Below are positions 25,300 through 34,648 of a stretch of DNA of 56,100 bases, piece after piece. Made by a program: the position numbers and the translations under genes. The stretch spans positions 1-56,100 of the forward strand of contig JABXKB010000001.1 of assembly GCA_013375485.1 (NCBI GenBank). The letters are read 5' to 3'. This DNA comes from Promethearchaeota archaeon (GTDB taxonomy: Archaea > Asgardarchaeota > Lokiarchaeia > Sigyniarchaeales > SOKP01). Numbering within the stretch: the first letter of the stretch is position 1; every line of letters starts with the position of its first letter. A model generated the notes under the pieces. It was not told the DNA's origin. It did not search any database and saw nothing but the letters and a program-made list of their open reading frames with translations.

Positions 25300-25789
25300 C
25301 TAATATCTCCTCTATAGCTAAACTAGCTAAGTAATCTTGCCTTTTAGGATGACTCTCAAATTCTTCTTCAGTTAGGTATTTATCATCAACATACCATCGT
25401 TTACTGCCACCAGAATATTCAACTGCTGGCCCATCTAAGCGATGACGTTTACTCTTAACATACCAACATTTACTGCCATTAGCATACTCAATTGCTGGCC
25501 CGTCTAAGCGATGTAACTTACCTTCAACATACCAATATTTATCACCATTAGCATACTCAATTGCTGGCCCCTTAAGGCGATGACGTTTATCCTCAACATA
25601 CCAACATTTACTACTACTAGCGTACTCAATTGCTGGTCCATCTAAGCGATGTAACTTACCATTAACATACCACGCTTTATAACCATTAGCAAGCTCAATT
25701 GCTGGCCCATCTAAGCGATGTAGTTTCTTATTATAATCACGATAACTTAAAACACTACCGTCTAAGTAATAAAATTTATCTTTCTTCAT
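25280..25789 (-). CDS. MORN-like 23-aa repeat protein, 5 repeats
   Basis: 5 HRL(D/K)GPA cores; N-cap MKKDKFYYLDGS; tail LASLAIEEILDEGYMC. Confidence 0.8.
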   Translation of the reverse strand: MKKDKFYYLDGSVLSYRDYNKKLHRLDGPAIELANGYKAWYVNGKLHRLDGPAIEYASSSKCWYVEDKRHRLKGPAIEYANGDKYWYVEGKLHRLDGPAIEYANGSKCWYVKSKRHRLDGPAVEYSGGSKRWYVDDKYLTEEEFESHPKRQDYLASLAIEEILDEGYMC

Positions 25790-26348
25790 CCAATATCTCC
25801 TCTATGGCTAAACTGGCTAAATAATCTTGCCTTCTAGGATGACTCTCAAATTCTTCTTCAGTTAGGTATTTATCATCAACCCACCATTCTTTATGGCCAT
25901 TAGCGTATTCAACTGCTGGCCCATCTAAGCGATGTAACTTGCCTTTAATATACCAACTTTTATTGCCATTAGCATACTCAATTGCTGGCCCATCTAAGCG
26001 ATGATGTTTACCCTCAACATACCAATATTTATTACCACTAGCATACTCAACTGCTGGCCCATCTAAGCGATGTAACTCACCTTCAAAAAACCATTCTTTA
26101 TCGCCATTAGCCCACTCAATTGCTGGCCCATCTAAGCGATGTAACTTACCTTCAACACACCAACATTTATGACCATTAGCATACTCAATTGCTGGCCCAT
26201 CTAAGCGATGAATCTTATCTTCAATATACCAACATTTATGACCATTGGCATACTCAACAGCTGGCCCATCAAGGCGATGTAGTTTCTTCGTATCATCACA
26301 ATAATCTAAAATACTACCATCTAAGTAATAAAATTTATCTCTTTTCAC
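25776..26348 (-). CDS. MORN-like 23-aa repeat protein, 6 repeats
   Basis: 6 HRLDGPA cores; GTG start at 26348 inside upstream tail codons; tail LASLAIEEILDEER. Confidence 0.8.
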   Translation of the reverse strand: MKRDKFYYLDGSILDYCDDTKKLHRLDGPAVEYANGHKCWYIEDKIHRLDGPAIEYANGHKCWCVEGKLHRLDGPAIEWANGDKEWFFEGELHRLDGPAVEYASGNKYWYVEGKHHRLDGPAIEYANGNKSWYIKGKLHRLDGPAVEYANGHKEWWVDDKYLTEEEFESHPRRQDYLASLAIEEILDEER

Positions 26349-26700
26349 TTAGTATCTCCTCTATCGCCAAACTAGCTAAGTAGTCTTGCCTTTTAGGATG
26401 CGCTTCAAACTCTTCGTAAGTTAATTCTTCACCACCAACATACCACTCTTTATCACCATCAGCCCACTCAACAGCTGGCCCATCTAAGCGATGACGTTTA
26501 TCTTCAACATACCAACATTTATGACCATTGGCATACTCACAAGCTGGCCCATCAAGGCGATGTAACTTATCTTCAATCCACCACTCTTTACTGCCACTAG
26601 AATACTCAATTGCTGGCCCATCTAAGCGATGTAGTTTCTTATCCCAATCATAATAATCTAAAACACCACCGTCTGAGTAATAATATTTATTTTCTTTCAT
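26335..26700 (-). CDS. MORN-like 23-aa repeat protein, 3 repeats
   Basis: 3 HRLDGPA cores; tail LASLAIEEILSEKR. Confidence 0.8.
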   Translation of the reverse strand: MKENKYYYSDGGVLDYYDWDKKLHRLDGPAIEYSSGSKEWWIEDKLHRLDGPACEYANGHKCWYVEDKRHRLDGPAVEWADGDKEWYVGGEELTYEEFEAHPKRQDYLASLAIEEILSEKR

Positions 26701-26713
26701 TTAATGCGCTCCA

Positions 26714-26905
26714 TTAACTCGATAAAATTTCTGTTTCTATCGCTCTATTTATTAAATGTACTTTATACGCCTTATAGACCTCAATTGGAACCATACAATG
26801 TTTTCCTTCAACATTTACTCCTTCATATAAATGATCATATCCAAGCTCAATTAGCTTATTTAAGGACTTTAGACTGATTTTCTTAACAAAAACAACACGT
26901 TTCAT
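26714..26905 (-). CDS. hypothetical protein
   Basis: 63-aa ORF upstream of array A. Confidence 0.5.
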   Translation of the reverse strand: MKRVVFVKKISLKSLNKLIELGYDHLYEGVNVEGKHCMVPIEVYKAYKVHLINRAIETEILSS

Positions 26906-26998
26906 AAAAACCTCCTAAAATTTCCATTTTTACCAGTTTCCCCCTCTAATTATTAATGTAACACAGGTTGTTGAAAATGTCAAGCACTTTTTTAAAAA

Positions 26999-27277
26999 TT
27001 ATTCCTCTAATAGATATTTAAAATAATCCTCAAGTAAAACATACAGTTCACATGCTTTGTCTAGTTCTAATGTCTGGCAACCGATGTTTACAGTGTTGCC
27101 GCTTTCCTTTTTTATATCTTTTTTAAATTCAATAAAAATATGAAAAAGGCGTTCAGTATAACTACCATAAACCCACTGCCAGGTATCCTCCCAAAAGTAA
27201 AACATTCTTTGTTGGACTTCTATACAACCGTCTTTTAAAACAAGCCTAAATACACCATTACCCATTAAAACTTTCAT
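26999..27277 (-). CDS. hypothetical protein, paralogue of 45944..46222
   Basis: identical C-terminus LELDKACELYVLLEDYFKYLLEE; ~73 nt near-identical at the 3' end. Confidence 0.6.
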   Translation of the reverse strand: MKVLMGNGVFRLVLKDGCIEVQQRMFYFWEDTWQWVYGSYTERLFHIFIEFKKDIKKESGNTVNIGCQTLELDKACELYVLLEDYFKYLLEE

Positions 27278-27380
27278 GCTACCTCCTTTTTATATGTATT
27301 TAAACACTCTGCAACATATTCTAAATCAAAATCTATGTCTAATTCTCCTATTATATAATTATTTATATATTCGGTTGAGG

Positions 27381-27386
27381 TATAAT
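27381..27386 (+). promoter_or_regulatory. TATAAT -10-like box
   Basis: GAGGTATAATAC, 31 nt before ATG 27418 in divergent gap. Confidence 0.4.
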
Positions 27387-27417
27387 ACAGATAAATAACC
27401 TTTAAAAGGAGAGACGT

Positions 27418-27711
27418 ATGAGTCAGTCCGCTAAACAAAAGGTGCATAAAGTTACTATCCGTAACAAAGTACCAGGAACAATTTCTACCGGAGCTAATAC
27501 TGAAGTGTTATTAGACGGTAAAGTATTAAAAGCAGTCAACTTCGCTAAGATAGAGATCAAGGCTAGTAAAGCAGCTAAACTAACCCTAGAGATGTTTGTA
27601 GATGCCGATGAGGTAGAGATAGACACACCCATTAAATGTACGAGTTATAGGCCCTTGAAAAGAATTGTGAATTGGGTAATAGGTAAATATGAGTCGTATA
27701 TAACCACATAG
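27418..27711 (+). CDS. hypothetical protein
   Basis: 97 aa; SD AAAGGAGAG before ATG 27418. Confidence 0.6.
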   Translation: MSQSAKQKVHKVTIRNKVPGTISTGANTEVLLDGKVLKAVNFAKIEIKASKAAKLTLEMFVDADEVEIDTPIKCTSYRPLKRIVNWVIGKYESYITT

Positions 27712-27712
27712 T

Positions 27713-27743
27713 GACACTGCTTCGAGTTAACTCAAATCAATGG
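27713..27743 (+). promoter_or_regulatory. plus-strand variant of the GACACYGCT box plus TTAACTCAAAYCAAT motif
   Basis: GACACTGCTTCG (27713-27724) 1 nt after stop, then TTAACTCAAATCAATGG; compare minus-sense ATAACTCAAACCAATTCGAC at 43587-43606. Confidence 0.4.
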
Positions 27744-27848
27744 CTTTAAGTTAAATGGTTGTTTTTATTATTAAATATTAAACTACAAACATACACAATA
27801 TTTACTTTCTTTCACGCTTATTGTAAAAAACGGTGAAATATAAAATTT

Positions 27849-27874
27849 TTGATAACCTAATAACCTGGTATAAT
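27849..27874 (+). promoter_or_regulatory. sigma70-like promoter candidate
   Basis: TTGATA - 14 nt - TGGTATAAT; spacing is short, so -35 assignment is doubtful. Confidence 0.35.
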
Positions 27875-27891
27875 TAAAGTGTATACTTTTA

Positions 27892-28641
27892 ATGCTTATT
27901 ATGGATGGTTATATGTCAAAAATAAATCAGTCAAATATTGAACTTTTAAATAAAAATTTAGACGCTTTGATGGAAGCTTTATCTAAAGTTAATCCAAAAT
28001 ATGTTGGAAAAATCATACGCCGTAAGGGAAACAACCCAGAAGATCAAGCGGCCACAAAAAAACGGAAAGAGCAAGCTGCTGAAGCAAAGCGCCTTGAAAG
28101 CATAATTGATAAGGGCCCCACTCTTAATGCTAAAAACTTGCGCAACATGGATAGAGCCAATGCTCAAAAAAAAGCTGAAGCCAAGAGAAAGCTTCGAGGT
28201 AGTCTTAAAAAGTTTAAGGAAAGTTTAAAAGATTTAAATGAAAATTTAGAGAAAATGGCAGATGATGTTGGTAGGCAGTTTAGTAACAATAGTGTCGCTA
28301 GAAAAATGCGTGACGAATATCTTCCATTTAAACATGGAAGTCATATTAAAATAAATAAAGCTGTAACAAACCCTGAAACTGGCAAAACGCATGGTTACCA
28401 TGTTACTGAAACTATGGCAAATGGTACAACAGTAAAGCATCCAAATGTAAATTACTATACAATGGATTCAGCTATGAGTGGTGGTCGTTTAAGAATGACT
28501 GGCGAAAAACCTCATAGAAAATATAATCTTCATCATGAAGCAAAAGTTCATGTTGGAGAAATGACTTACCCTAATGGTAAAAAGAAATTGCATTATAGAC
28601 TTGATCCACATGGTGACCATCACACAAAGGCCACGGGTTAA
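27892..28641 (+). CDS. hypothetical protein (basic/coiled-coil N-half)
   Basis: 249-aa ORF; true start may be ATG 27913 (MSKINQ). Confidence 0.6.
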   Translation: MLIMDGYMSKINQSNIELLNKNLDALMEALSKVNPKYVGKIIRRKGNNPEDQAATKKRKEQAAEAKRLESIIDKGPTLNAKNLRNMDRANAQKKAEAKRKLRGSLKKFKESLKDLNENLEKMADDVGRQFSNNSVARKMRDEYLPFKHGSHIKINKAVTNPETGKTHGYHVTETMANGTTVKHPNVNYYTMDSAMSGGRLRMTGEKPHRKYNLHHEAKVHVGEMTYPNGKKKLHYRLDPHGDHHTKATG

Positions 28642-28934
28642 TTTTTTAATAAAGCGCGCTCAACTAATTCACTTTTTATAGCATCAACGGTTTCTATTGC
28701 TCTAGATACTATATATTGTTCATCGCCCAATAATATATATTCTAAAACATCGGTTGGCAGTTGACATACGCGCTTTATGTATTCTTTAGATATTTCATCA
28801 TCATCCATAATATCTTTTTTCTTTTCATGAAAATCAAGTATTATTTGAGAATATATTACTCCAGTTATGGCCCGTAATCTCCTTCTGTTGTTATCTTCTG
28901 AAAAACGGCCGCGTCTGCGTTTTACTTTTACCAT
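28638..28934 (-). CDS. hypothetical protein
   Basis: 98 aa; convergent 4-nt stop overlap (TTAA) with 27892..28641. Confidence 0.55.
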   Translation of the reverse strand: MVKVKRRRGRFSEDNNRRRLRAITGVIYSQIILDFHEKKKDIMDDDEISKEYIKRVCQLPTDVLEYILLGDEQYIVSRAIETVDAIKSELVERALLKN

Positions 28935-28944
28935 TACAACTCCA

Positions 28945-28986
28945 TAAAAAAAGCCCGATAACCAAGGGGGAGGGAAGTTATCGGGC
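28945..28986 (-). terminator. rho-independent terminator
   Basis: minus-sense GCCCGATAAC-(14-nt loop)-GTTATCGGGC followed by TTTTTTTAT. Confidence 0.75.
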
Positions 28987-29005
28987 CAGTAAAGGAACTA
29001 CGTTC

Positions 29006-29497
29006 CTACTCTATAATATTAGCTAATTCTTCTGGAAGAACACTTATATCTACTGCGTTTTTAGAAACTTTCGTTTTAGATGCTTTTATACCCTTTAATT
29101 CTTGTTGACGAGCTGTAATAGCTTCTTTTACTTCATCATACTCATCAGTGCCTTCAGTATAATTAGACAATAGACGATTTAAATTAAGCAATGTAGTATC
29201 GCGTTTTGCGCCAGTTTTAGTTGGTGTATATTTTGTCCCACCATTCAATTCCTTTGCTTTTCTTAAATAATTGGCAACCATACCACTTACATACCTATCA
29301 ACTTCTTTTGTATCGGTGGTTGGTTTACCATATGCAACATTACCCTGCAAGATGCCCTTTAAAACTACGTTACGGACTTCTTTTAATTGATCGATGGTTA
29401 AAACCTCTTTTACTTTAGTGGAATTAGGTGTAAAAGAATCTCCCAATACATTTTTTACAGCATTAACAACTGCCTGCCTTTGATTAATAACACTCAT
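29006..29497 (-). CDS. hypothetical protein, paralogue of 55618..56046
   Basis: ATG 29497 after GGAAGGAG; shared YVSGMVANYLRKAKELNGG vs YVSGLVSNWYRKDKRFNGN; C-term VLPEELANIIE. Confidence 0.65.
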   Translation of the reverse strand: MSVINQRQAVVNAVKNVLGDSFTPNSTKVKEVLTIDQLKEVRNVVLKGILQGNVAYGKPTTDTKEVDRYVSGMVANYLRKAKELNGGTKYTPTKTGAKRDTTLLNLNRLLSNYTEGTDEYDEVKEAITARQQELKGIKASKTKVSKNAVDISVLPEELANIIE

Positions 29498-29570
29498 AAA
29501 ATCTCCTTCCAAAAACGTTTTACATTATATTCTATATTTTTATTATACAAAAATTAAAAAACACAACGTG

Positions 29571-29855
29571 TTACCAGTTATAAGAAAACTCAATCTTTTG
29601 TTTGGTTGACACAAAAGTCAATTTAATTCTCTCTTTAGGCAATAAAATCCACTCAAAATCCGCCAATAATAATTTTTCCGATTCTATTGATCTTTTTATT
29701 ATTTTGTACAAATATTCAGCTTTATGATAACTTAACCCCAATTCTTTAACCTCTTCTTGGCTTATTAGCCTTTCATCTAATAAAAAATTAAGTATGTCGG
29801 CGTAACATCCCGATAAATCAAATAATTGCTTTAAACATTGCACCTTTTTATTCAT
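29571..29855 (-). CDS. hypothetical protein
   Basis: ORF trimmed to internal ATG (MNKKVQCLKQ). Confidence 0.5.
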   Translation of the reverse strand: MNKKVQCLKQLFDLSGCYADILNFLLDERLISQEEVKELGLSYHKAEYLYKIIKRSIESEKLLLADFEWILLPKERIKLTFVSTKQKIEFSYNW

Positions 29856-30156
29856 TGGGTGTCCACCTATCATCTGTTCCAAGGCCTCTTAACTCTAAAT
29901 CTAACAAAATAAGTAAACTAGCAGCAGCATGCGCTAAATGTGATTTCTTTGATTCGGGGTCAATTTCTCTATCTAACCAAGAGTTAATGTGACGTTCAGC
30001 AGCATCTGCATATCTTAACCATTCTGTTCCATTTAGATGATTAAATTTACCATACTTATCTTCGCCCATCGACATTATTTCAGCCACTAATCGTATTGCC
30101 TTAGTAGGAATACGTGTCATTCTTGGTTTTCCCGTATCAAACTTTTTAAAACTCAT
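29848..30156 (-). CDS. all-alpha MazG-like (DUF5664-type) dNTP pyrophosphohydrolase
   Basis: FDTGKPRM..IP.KAI..VAEIMSMGEDKYG...WLRYADAAERHINSWL...DPESKKSHLAHAAASLLILL fits recalled dATP/dGTP diphosphohydrolase N-terminal family. Confidence 0.55.
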   Translation of the reverse strand: MSFKKFDTGKPRMTRIPTKAIRLVAEIMSMGEDKYGKFNHLNGTEWLRYADAAERHINSWLDREIDPESKKSHLAHAAASLLILLDLELRGLGTDDRWTPNE

Positions 30157-30392
30157 TTCTCCTCCTTAATTATTTTATTAATTTCAATATCACATTGTAC
30201 CGTGCGAATTTTATCCATAATTTCTTCTATATTTTCATTAACGCTTAAAAGGCAGCCTCCATTCAATGAAAATGCAGTTCCATCAGGGTGCCCCGTGTGA
30301 AATTCACAATTTTGTCTAACAAACAATATTTGTTCTATGCTTATATAAACTGTGTCATTAGAATTACTAAGATGACATTTAATAAAATCCAT
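30153..30392 (-). CDS. hypothetical protein
   Basis: trimmed to ATG 30392 (TAATATG junction with upstream stop); tail DIEINKIIKEEK. Confidence 0.5.
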   Translation of the reverse strand: MDFIKCHLSNSNDTVYISIEQILFVRQNCEFHTGHPDGTAFSLNGGCLLSVNENIEEIMDKIRTVQCDIEINKIIKEEK

Positions 30393-30393
30393 A

Positions 30394-31164
30394 TTATACC
30401 TCAAAAATTTTATATTTAGGGGCATTGTAATCGCTGCCCGCATTAATTATTCTACAATCATCTATTATCATATCAGTCTCTTGATGTGTATGCCCTATTA
30501 AAAAATAGTTAAAGCGGCATGTTATTTGTTGTAGAAATTTAGGATTCGCGGCGTGGTCTTTATATTGCCACTCACTTGGTAAAGGTGAATGATGCGTTAC
30601 CGCTATTCTAATCTTAGCATCAGTTTGATCAAATATAACCCGATTAAATTCCCTTTCTGCTCTATATGTTAACCATTCTGTTGTACGTATTCCTTCTGTA
30701 TAAGGTGTCATACGAAATTCGTCATTTGTGGGCGGATTTAATGAATGATACCATCCATCCCAACCTATAAAAACTATATCATTAATTTCAAAATTACCAG
30801 ATTCTAAGTGGCGTATGTCGTTGTCATGGAACCACTGCTCGTGCTGCTTATATATACTTTTTATGGATGGTTTTGGCTTATTAAGCCATTGGCCTTTTTG
30901 TCCAAAATCACCTTTTTGAGTGTCCCATAGATCATGATTGCCTCTAACCACTAAAATAGGTATATTTATTTTGGTTCTTAACATTTTTAGTACACGTGGC
31001 AATTGCCTTTGTTTATGTGAGGCTAAATCACCGGTAACAACCATAACCTTAATATCTGCATCTTTTTTTATTTCTTCAGACATTTTTGTTATAAATTTAC
31101 TGTTTATTCTATTAGTTTTATTATCAAAGCCTTCATGTAAATCAGTTGTTAATATTATCTTCAT
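30394..31164 (-). CDS. calcineurin-like metallophosphoesterase
   Basis: TDLHEG, VVTGDLASH, VRGNHD, IGHTH. Confidence 0.7.
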   Translation of the reverse strand: MKIILTTDLHEGFDNKTNRINSKFITKMSEEIKKDADIKVMVVTGDLASHKQRQLPRVLKMLRTKINIPILVVRGNHDLWDTQKGDFGQKGQWLNKPKPSIKSIYKQHEQWFHDNDIRHLESGNFEINDIVFIGWDGWYHSLNPPTNDEFRMTPYTEGIRTTEWLTYRAEREFNRVIFDQTDAKIRIAVTHHSPLPSEWQYKDHAANPKFLQQITCRFNYFLIGHTHQETDMIIDDCRIINAGSDYNAPKYKIFEV

Positions 31165-31364
31165 TCATTTAATTCCTCACAATGTGCTTTGTAACACGCC
31201 TTACAAACCTCTATTTCTTTTACGATTTCCCAACCAGTACCTGCTTCAATTTCATGTCCACGCCTATTAATCTTGGTATAAATTTTATTGCGTGTTTTTA
31301 CGACAATCTTTTCCATTTTTTCACCTAATTCAGTGAAATTTTTGCATTTTTTACACTTATACAT
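31161..31364 (-). CDS. zinc-ribbon protein
   Basis: CKKCKN ... CKACYKAHC. Confidence 0.5.
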   Translation of the reverse strand: MYKCKKCKNFTELGEKMEKIVVKTRNKIYTKINRRGHEIEAGTGWEIVKEIEVCKACYKAHCEELNE

Positions 31365-31615
31365 TATTCCTCCATATCATTAAAAAATACATTTTCAAAT
31401 TGATCATTTAAATATTGCTGATATAATTCTGAAAATTTTTTTGCTCTCACGGGAGTAAACTGCAACTCAGCGCTCTTCAAGTTATTGTTATTGTCAACAA
31501 TAAAAGAATATTCTTTGTGATATCCATTATTAATTCTATAAGTTTTAGCATCAAAATTAATAATCACTTCAAAATATTCTCTATCTTCTGGAATAATATA
31601 TAGCTTATTCTTCCC
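31364..31615 (-). CDS. hypothetical protein, tandem paralogue of 31605..31871
   Basis: trimmed to MGKNKLYIIPEDREYFEVIINFDAKTY; parallels MKKNKKYVIPEGQHNYAVTIDFDAKTL. Confidence 0.55.
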   Translation of the reverse strand, partial: GKNKLYIIPEDREYFEVIINFDAKTYRINNGYHKEYSFIVDNNNNLKSAELQFTPVRAKKFSELYQQYLNDQFENVFFNDMEE

Positions 31616-31871
31616 CATGCTTTTTCTCCACATTGTTAAAAAGTATATCATCCAATTGATCACTTAAATATTGCTGATACAATTCTAAAATTTTCCGCTT
31701 ATATTTTTTATTCCAAGACCGCACAGCATCGATTTCATGATTCTCATTTATCGTAAAATTATATTCTGAGCGATGTGTAGATTCAATAATAAGGGTTTTA
31801 GCATCAAAATCAATAGTCACCGCATAATTGTGTTGGCCTTCTGGAATAACGTATTTTTTATTCTTTTTCAT
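31605..31871 (-). CDS. hypothetical protein, tandem paralogue of 31364..31615
   Basis: shared tail ELYQQYL(S/N)DQ. Confidence 0.55.
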   Translation of the reverse strand: MKKNKKYVIPEGQHNYAVTIDFDAKTLIIESTHRSEYNFTINENHEIDAVRSWNKKYKRKILELYQQYLSDQLDDILFNNVEKKHGEE

Positions 31872-31961
31872 ATCAACCCTTTCCCGTAGAAGTAGGCTAA
31901 AATTAATACCACTATTGAATATGTGACGACAACTATCACCAACTTCTCTATAAGATTATGT

Positions 31962-32129
31962 TTAGAACTTTTCATCTTCTCCCTCAACTATTAATTCCCA
32001 ATTCCACGATGAAACCCAATTTTGAGCATCTTCTATAACGTGGTGTTTTTGCCCATGAAAAAAGGGCGATATTCTTCGATCACCGTTAAATATTGCCCAA
32101 CTATTGGGTGATGCTTTTCTTAAAGTCAC
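31962..32129 (-). CDS. small hypothetical protein (GTG start coupled to ligase stop)
   Basis: track ORF 31962..32264 overlaps ligase by 139 nt; GTGA overlap at 32126-32129 gives a 55-aa product. Confidence 0.35.
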   Translation of the reverse strand: MTLRKASPNSWAIFNGDRRISPFFHGQKHHVIEDAQNWVSSWNWELIVEGEDEKF

Positions 32130-33415
32130 TGTTTGTCGTTCCGGTATCGGACTATAATTGGAAAGCGCATACGTCCCTCGGAACCTAATTCTTGATATTT
32201 GATTTCCACTATTCGCCCTAGTATTACTTCCGGATTTTGCCATATCATGTTCCTTTCTTTCCACGACCCTTTTATTTCATTAAAACCACTTCCGACATTA
32301 CATTTAATGCCGTTTTCTTGAACAACAGTAATACCACCCAAAGTTCCCTCAAATTTTTTACCTTTTTCGCCTTCATATACTTCAACAACTTCACAATCCA
32401 TAGATAGCATTGTCTTAAATTTCAACATTTTATTAGATTTTTTACCTTTATAATATGGAATATCAGGGTTCACCATTACTCCTTCATATCCATCTTTAAT
32501 ATAATCTTGTTCTAACTTATTAATGTCTGCCATTGTTGTGATTAATTTATGGGGAACCATTTTTATATTATTTATATTTAAGTCGCTCATTTTATCTCTA
32601 GACATATCAAACAAAAACTCTAAATTGTTATATCTAATACTTGCTTTAGTTGTAAATTGATTATTGCTCCATTCTTCAAATGGTATCATGTCAAAAATAT
32701 AAAACGTAACGTCGCCAACGGTTGTACCTCGAGTAGAAGCAAAAGCAGATTGTTGCATACTATTAAAGTCATCTGACATAATTTCACCGTCAAATACGCA
32801 TTTAAAGTTTTGTTTACTGTCCCACCACAAATCTCTTATGCTTTTTTCAACACTAGGAAAATTTAGGTATACGGTACCATTTCTACTGTAGAGTGTTACG
32901 TTGCCATCTTCTAATACAGCTAAACAGCGATATCCATCAAATTTGGGACTTGCATATGCTCCCTTTTTAAATATGTCATTTACTTTTTTGCACTTTTTAC
33001 CATCTTTAGCCAATTGAACATCAAACTTAGGGACGTCGAAGCCTGCCTTATTAGCAGTACTTATATTACACCCAATTTTCAAATCTTTTCTTAATACGCG
33101 GGCGTACCATTTACTATGATTAATGGAACATTCTGATAAGAATTTTTCTACGGCCGTTATAGCTGCAGTACCCGTTAACTCTCTTTTTTCTAATTTATTT
33201 AAAAGTTCAACAAATAATGTATGATTATTTGCATTAACATATACATGTGGCCGTGGAATAGTAAACTTTTTAATGTAATATTTTTTCTGAAAATCTAATG
33301 CAGCATGTATTAAAAAGCGCAACTTTGTATTGCAATTATTGTCTCGCAATATTTTTTCTTTTGCTAATTTACCACTAGCTTTTTCAACTGCTTCAAGGAC
33401 ATCAAATTCATTCAT
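32126..33415 (-). CDS. ATP-dependent DNA ligase
   Basis: adenylation motif I SPKFDGYRC; EGVMV; LKFK; C-terminal RFPIIVRYRNDK. Confidence 0.9.
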   Translation of the reverse strand: MNEFDVLEAVEKASGKLAKEKILRDNNCNTKLRFLIHAALDFQKKYYIKKFTIPRPHVYVNANNHTLFVELLNKLEKRELTGTAAITAVEKFLSECSINHSKWYARVLRKDLKIGCNISTANKAGFDVPKFDVQLAKDGKKCKKVNDIFKKGAYASPKFDGYRCLAVLEDGNVTLYSRNGTVYLNFPSVEKSIRDLWWDSKQNFKCVFDGEIMSDDFNSMQQSAFASTRGTTVGDVTFYIFDMIPFEEWSNNQFTTKASIRYNNLEFLFDMSRDKMSDLNINNIKMVPHKLITTMADINKLEQDYIKDGYEGVMVNPDIPYYKGKKSNKMLKFKTMLSMDCEVVEVYEGEKGKKFEGTLGGITVVQENGIKCNVGSGFNEIKGSWKERNMIWQNPEVILGRIVEIKYQELGSEGRMRFPIIVRYRNDKQ

Positions 33416-33426
33416 ATTTCTCCCTT

Positions 33427-33470
33427 AAAAACAATAAAAGGTATGAGATTTTTTCCCATACCTTTATTAT
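33427..33470. terminator. bidirectional hairpin terminator overlapping a minus-sense TTGTATAAT box
   Basis: GGTATGAG-ATTTTTT-CCCATACC flanked by A-run and T-run; TATAAT (minus) at 33466-33471. Confidence 0.5.
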
Positions 33471-33489
33471 ACAAAATTTTATTTATATT

Positions 33490-34323
33490 CTATTTTTTAG
33501 CTGCTCGGTTTAAAACGTGTCTTGGAGTAATCCACATAAAGTTTTTTATATCAGTATTGATTTTTTCTATAATAGGTTCGCGTGAGAAACCATTGTGTTT
33601 CCACAATAAATCGTCATCGTCTTTCTTGTTTTCTGGTAATGGCTCTGCAAGTAATGGACACCCTGAAAACTTTTTATATTCGGTGATACAATCAAACCAT
33701 CCACATTTTCTTTGTGGCTTGATTACTGTTTTTTCTATTAAATCTTTATCACAGCCTATAGTTTTTATAACCGCATCAATGGCATTATATTTAGGTGCCG
33801 TTACTCTTGATAACCATAGATTGTTATTTATAGCAACCTTATAATCTTTATATTCCATTTTTAAGCGTTTAGAGGTCATATGCTCTACGTCTATTACTAT
33901 ATCGTTAATGGCATTAAAAAGACTCATTATTCTTGGAAATTCATCCCTAAAAAACCCAGATGCATTATGTTGCATAATAATTCCATCGTATAACAGGAGT
34001 CTATCATGGCATGCTTGAAACATAGCAAAAGCAGCAGAAGCAGCAAATCTCGCTACACAAGTAAACTTAATTTTAGATGACTTCATTATTCCTATAATTC
34101 TAGCCATAGCAAATACACTTCCACCAGGACTATCTATATAAACTATAAGCCTATCTTTATCATATGTCATAACTTTTCTGGTGAAACTTTCTACTAATTG
34201 TTCCGTAAAAACATCTGTCACGGCAAAAAAATTATTGTTTTCTAATTTTACATTTACATCTTTATTGTTGGCAAATGCACCAAAATTAATTAAAATTAAA
34301 AATAACACTAAAACCCTATACAT
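33490..34323 (-). CDS. secreted ClpP-fold protease-like protein (paralogue 3)
   Basis: signal peptide MYRVLVLFLILINFGAFA; IVYIDSPGGSV; ARFAASAAFAMF; IIMQHNAS. Confidence 0.6.
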   Translation of the reverse strand: MYRVLVLFLILINFGAFANNKDVNVKLENNNFFAVTDVFTEQLVESFTRKVMTYDKDRLIVYIDSPGGSVFAMARIIGIMKSSKIKFTCVARFAASAAFAMFQACHDRLLLYDGIIMQHNASGFFRDEFPRIMSLFNAINDIVIDVEHMTSKRLKMEYKDYKVAINNNLWLSRVTAPKYNAIDAVIKTIGCDKDLIEKTVIKPQRKCGWFDCITEYKKFSGCPLLAEPLPENKKDDDDLLWKHNGFSREPIIEKINTDIKNFMWITPRHVLNRAAKK

Positions 34324-34325
34324 AT

Positions 34326-34640
34326 TTACTCCTCTTGCTTATTGTTGTCTGCGGTTAACATTTCATCTATATCATCTTCAAATTGAAGTTGACACGCTGT
34401 TTTTTTACACCCTTCCAGCACTTGAGAAAACAATTTAATAAATGTCTCATCTTTTATATTAACTAATCCAATAGTTAATTGCTTAATCAAGTCACGCTGT
34501 GTAAAAAGTGTTTGTTTTTCTTTAAAGGCATTTATTGCCTCTTTAAGATCATTCGGCATAGTAAAGCCAAAACGATCGTAAAAGGTTGTTATAACCTCTG
34601 TGTCATCAGCACTGATGACTACGTCACATAGTTTCTTCAT
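34326..34640 (-). CDS. hypothetical acidic protein
   Basis: 104-aa ORF between two ClpP-fold genes. Confidence 0.55.
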   Translation of the reverse strand: MKKLCDVVISADDTEVITTFYDRFGFTMPNDLKEAINAFKEKQTLFTQRDLIKQLTIGLVNIKDETFIKLFSQVLEGCKKTACQLQFEDDIDEMLTADNNKQEE

Positions 34641-34648
34641 ATTACTCC

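Larger units (their letters stand above)
25280..26700 (-). repeat. MORN-like gene array A (3 tandem paralogues, 14 repeat units of 69 nt)
   Basis: 69-nt periodicity and near-identical gene junctions. Confidence 0.9.

Noticed and set aside
31962-32264. A full-length 100-aa ORF overlapping the DNA ligase 3' end by 139 nt.
   Set aside because: The ligase C-terminus (RFPIIVRYRNDK) is canonical, so a long overlap is unlikely. A GTG start in a GTGA overlap with the ligase stop gives a 55-aa gene instead.
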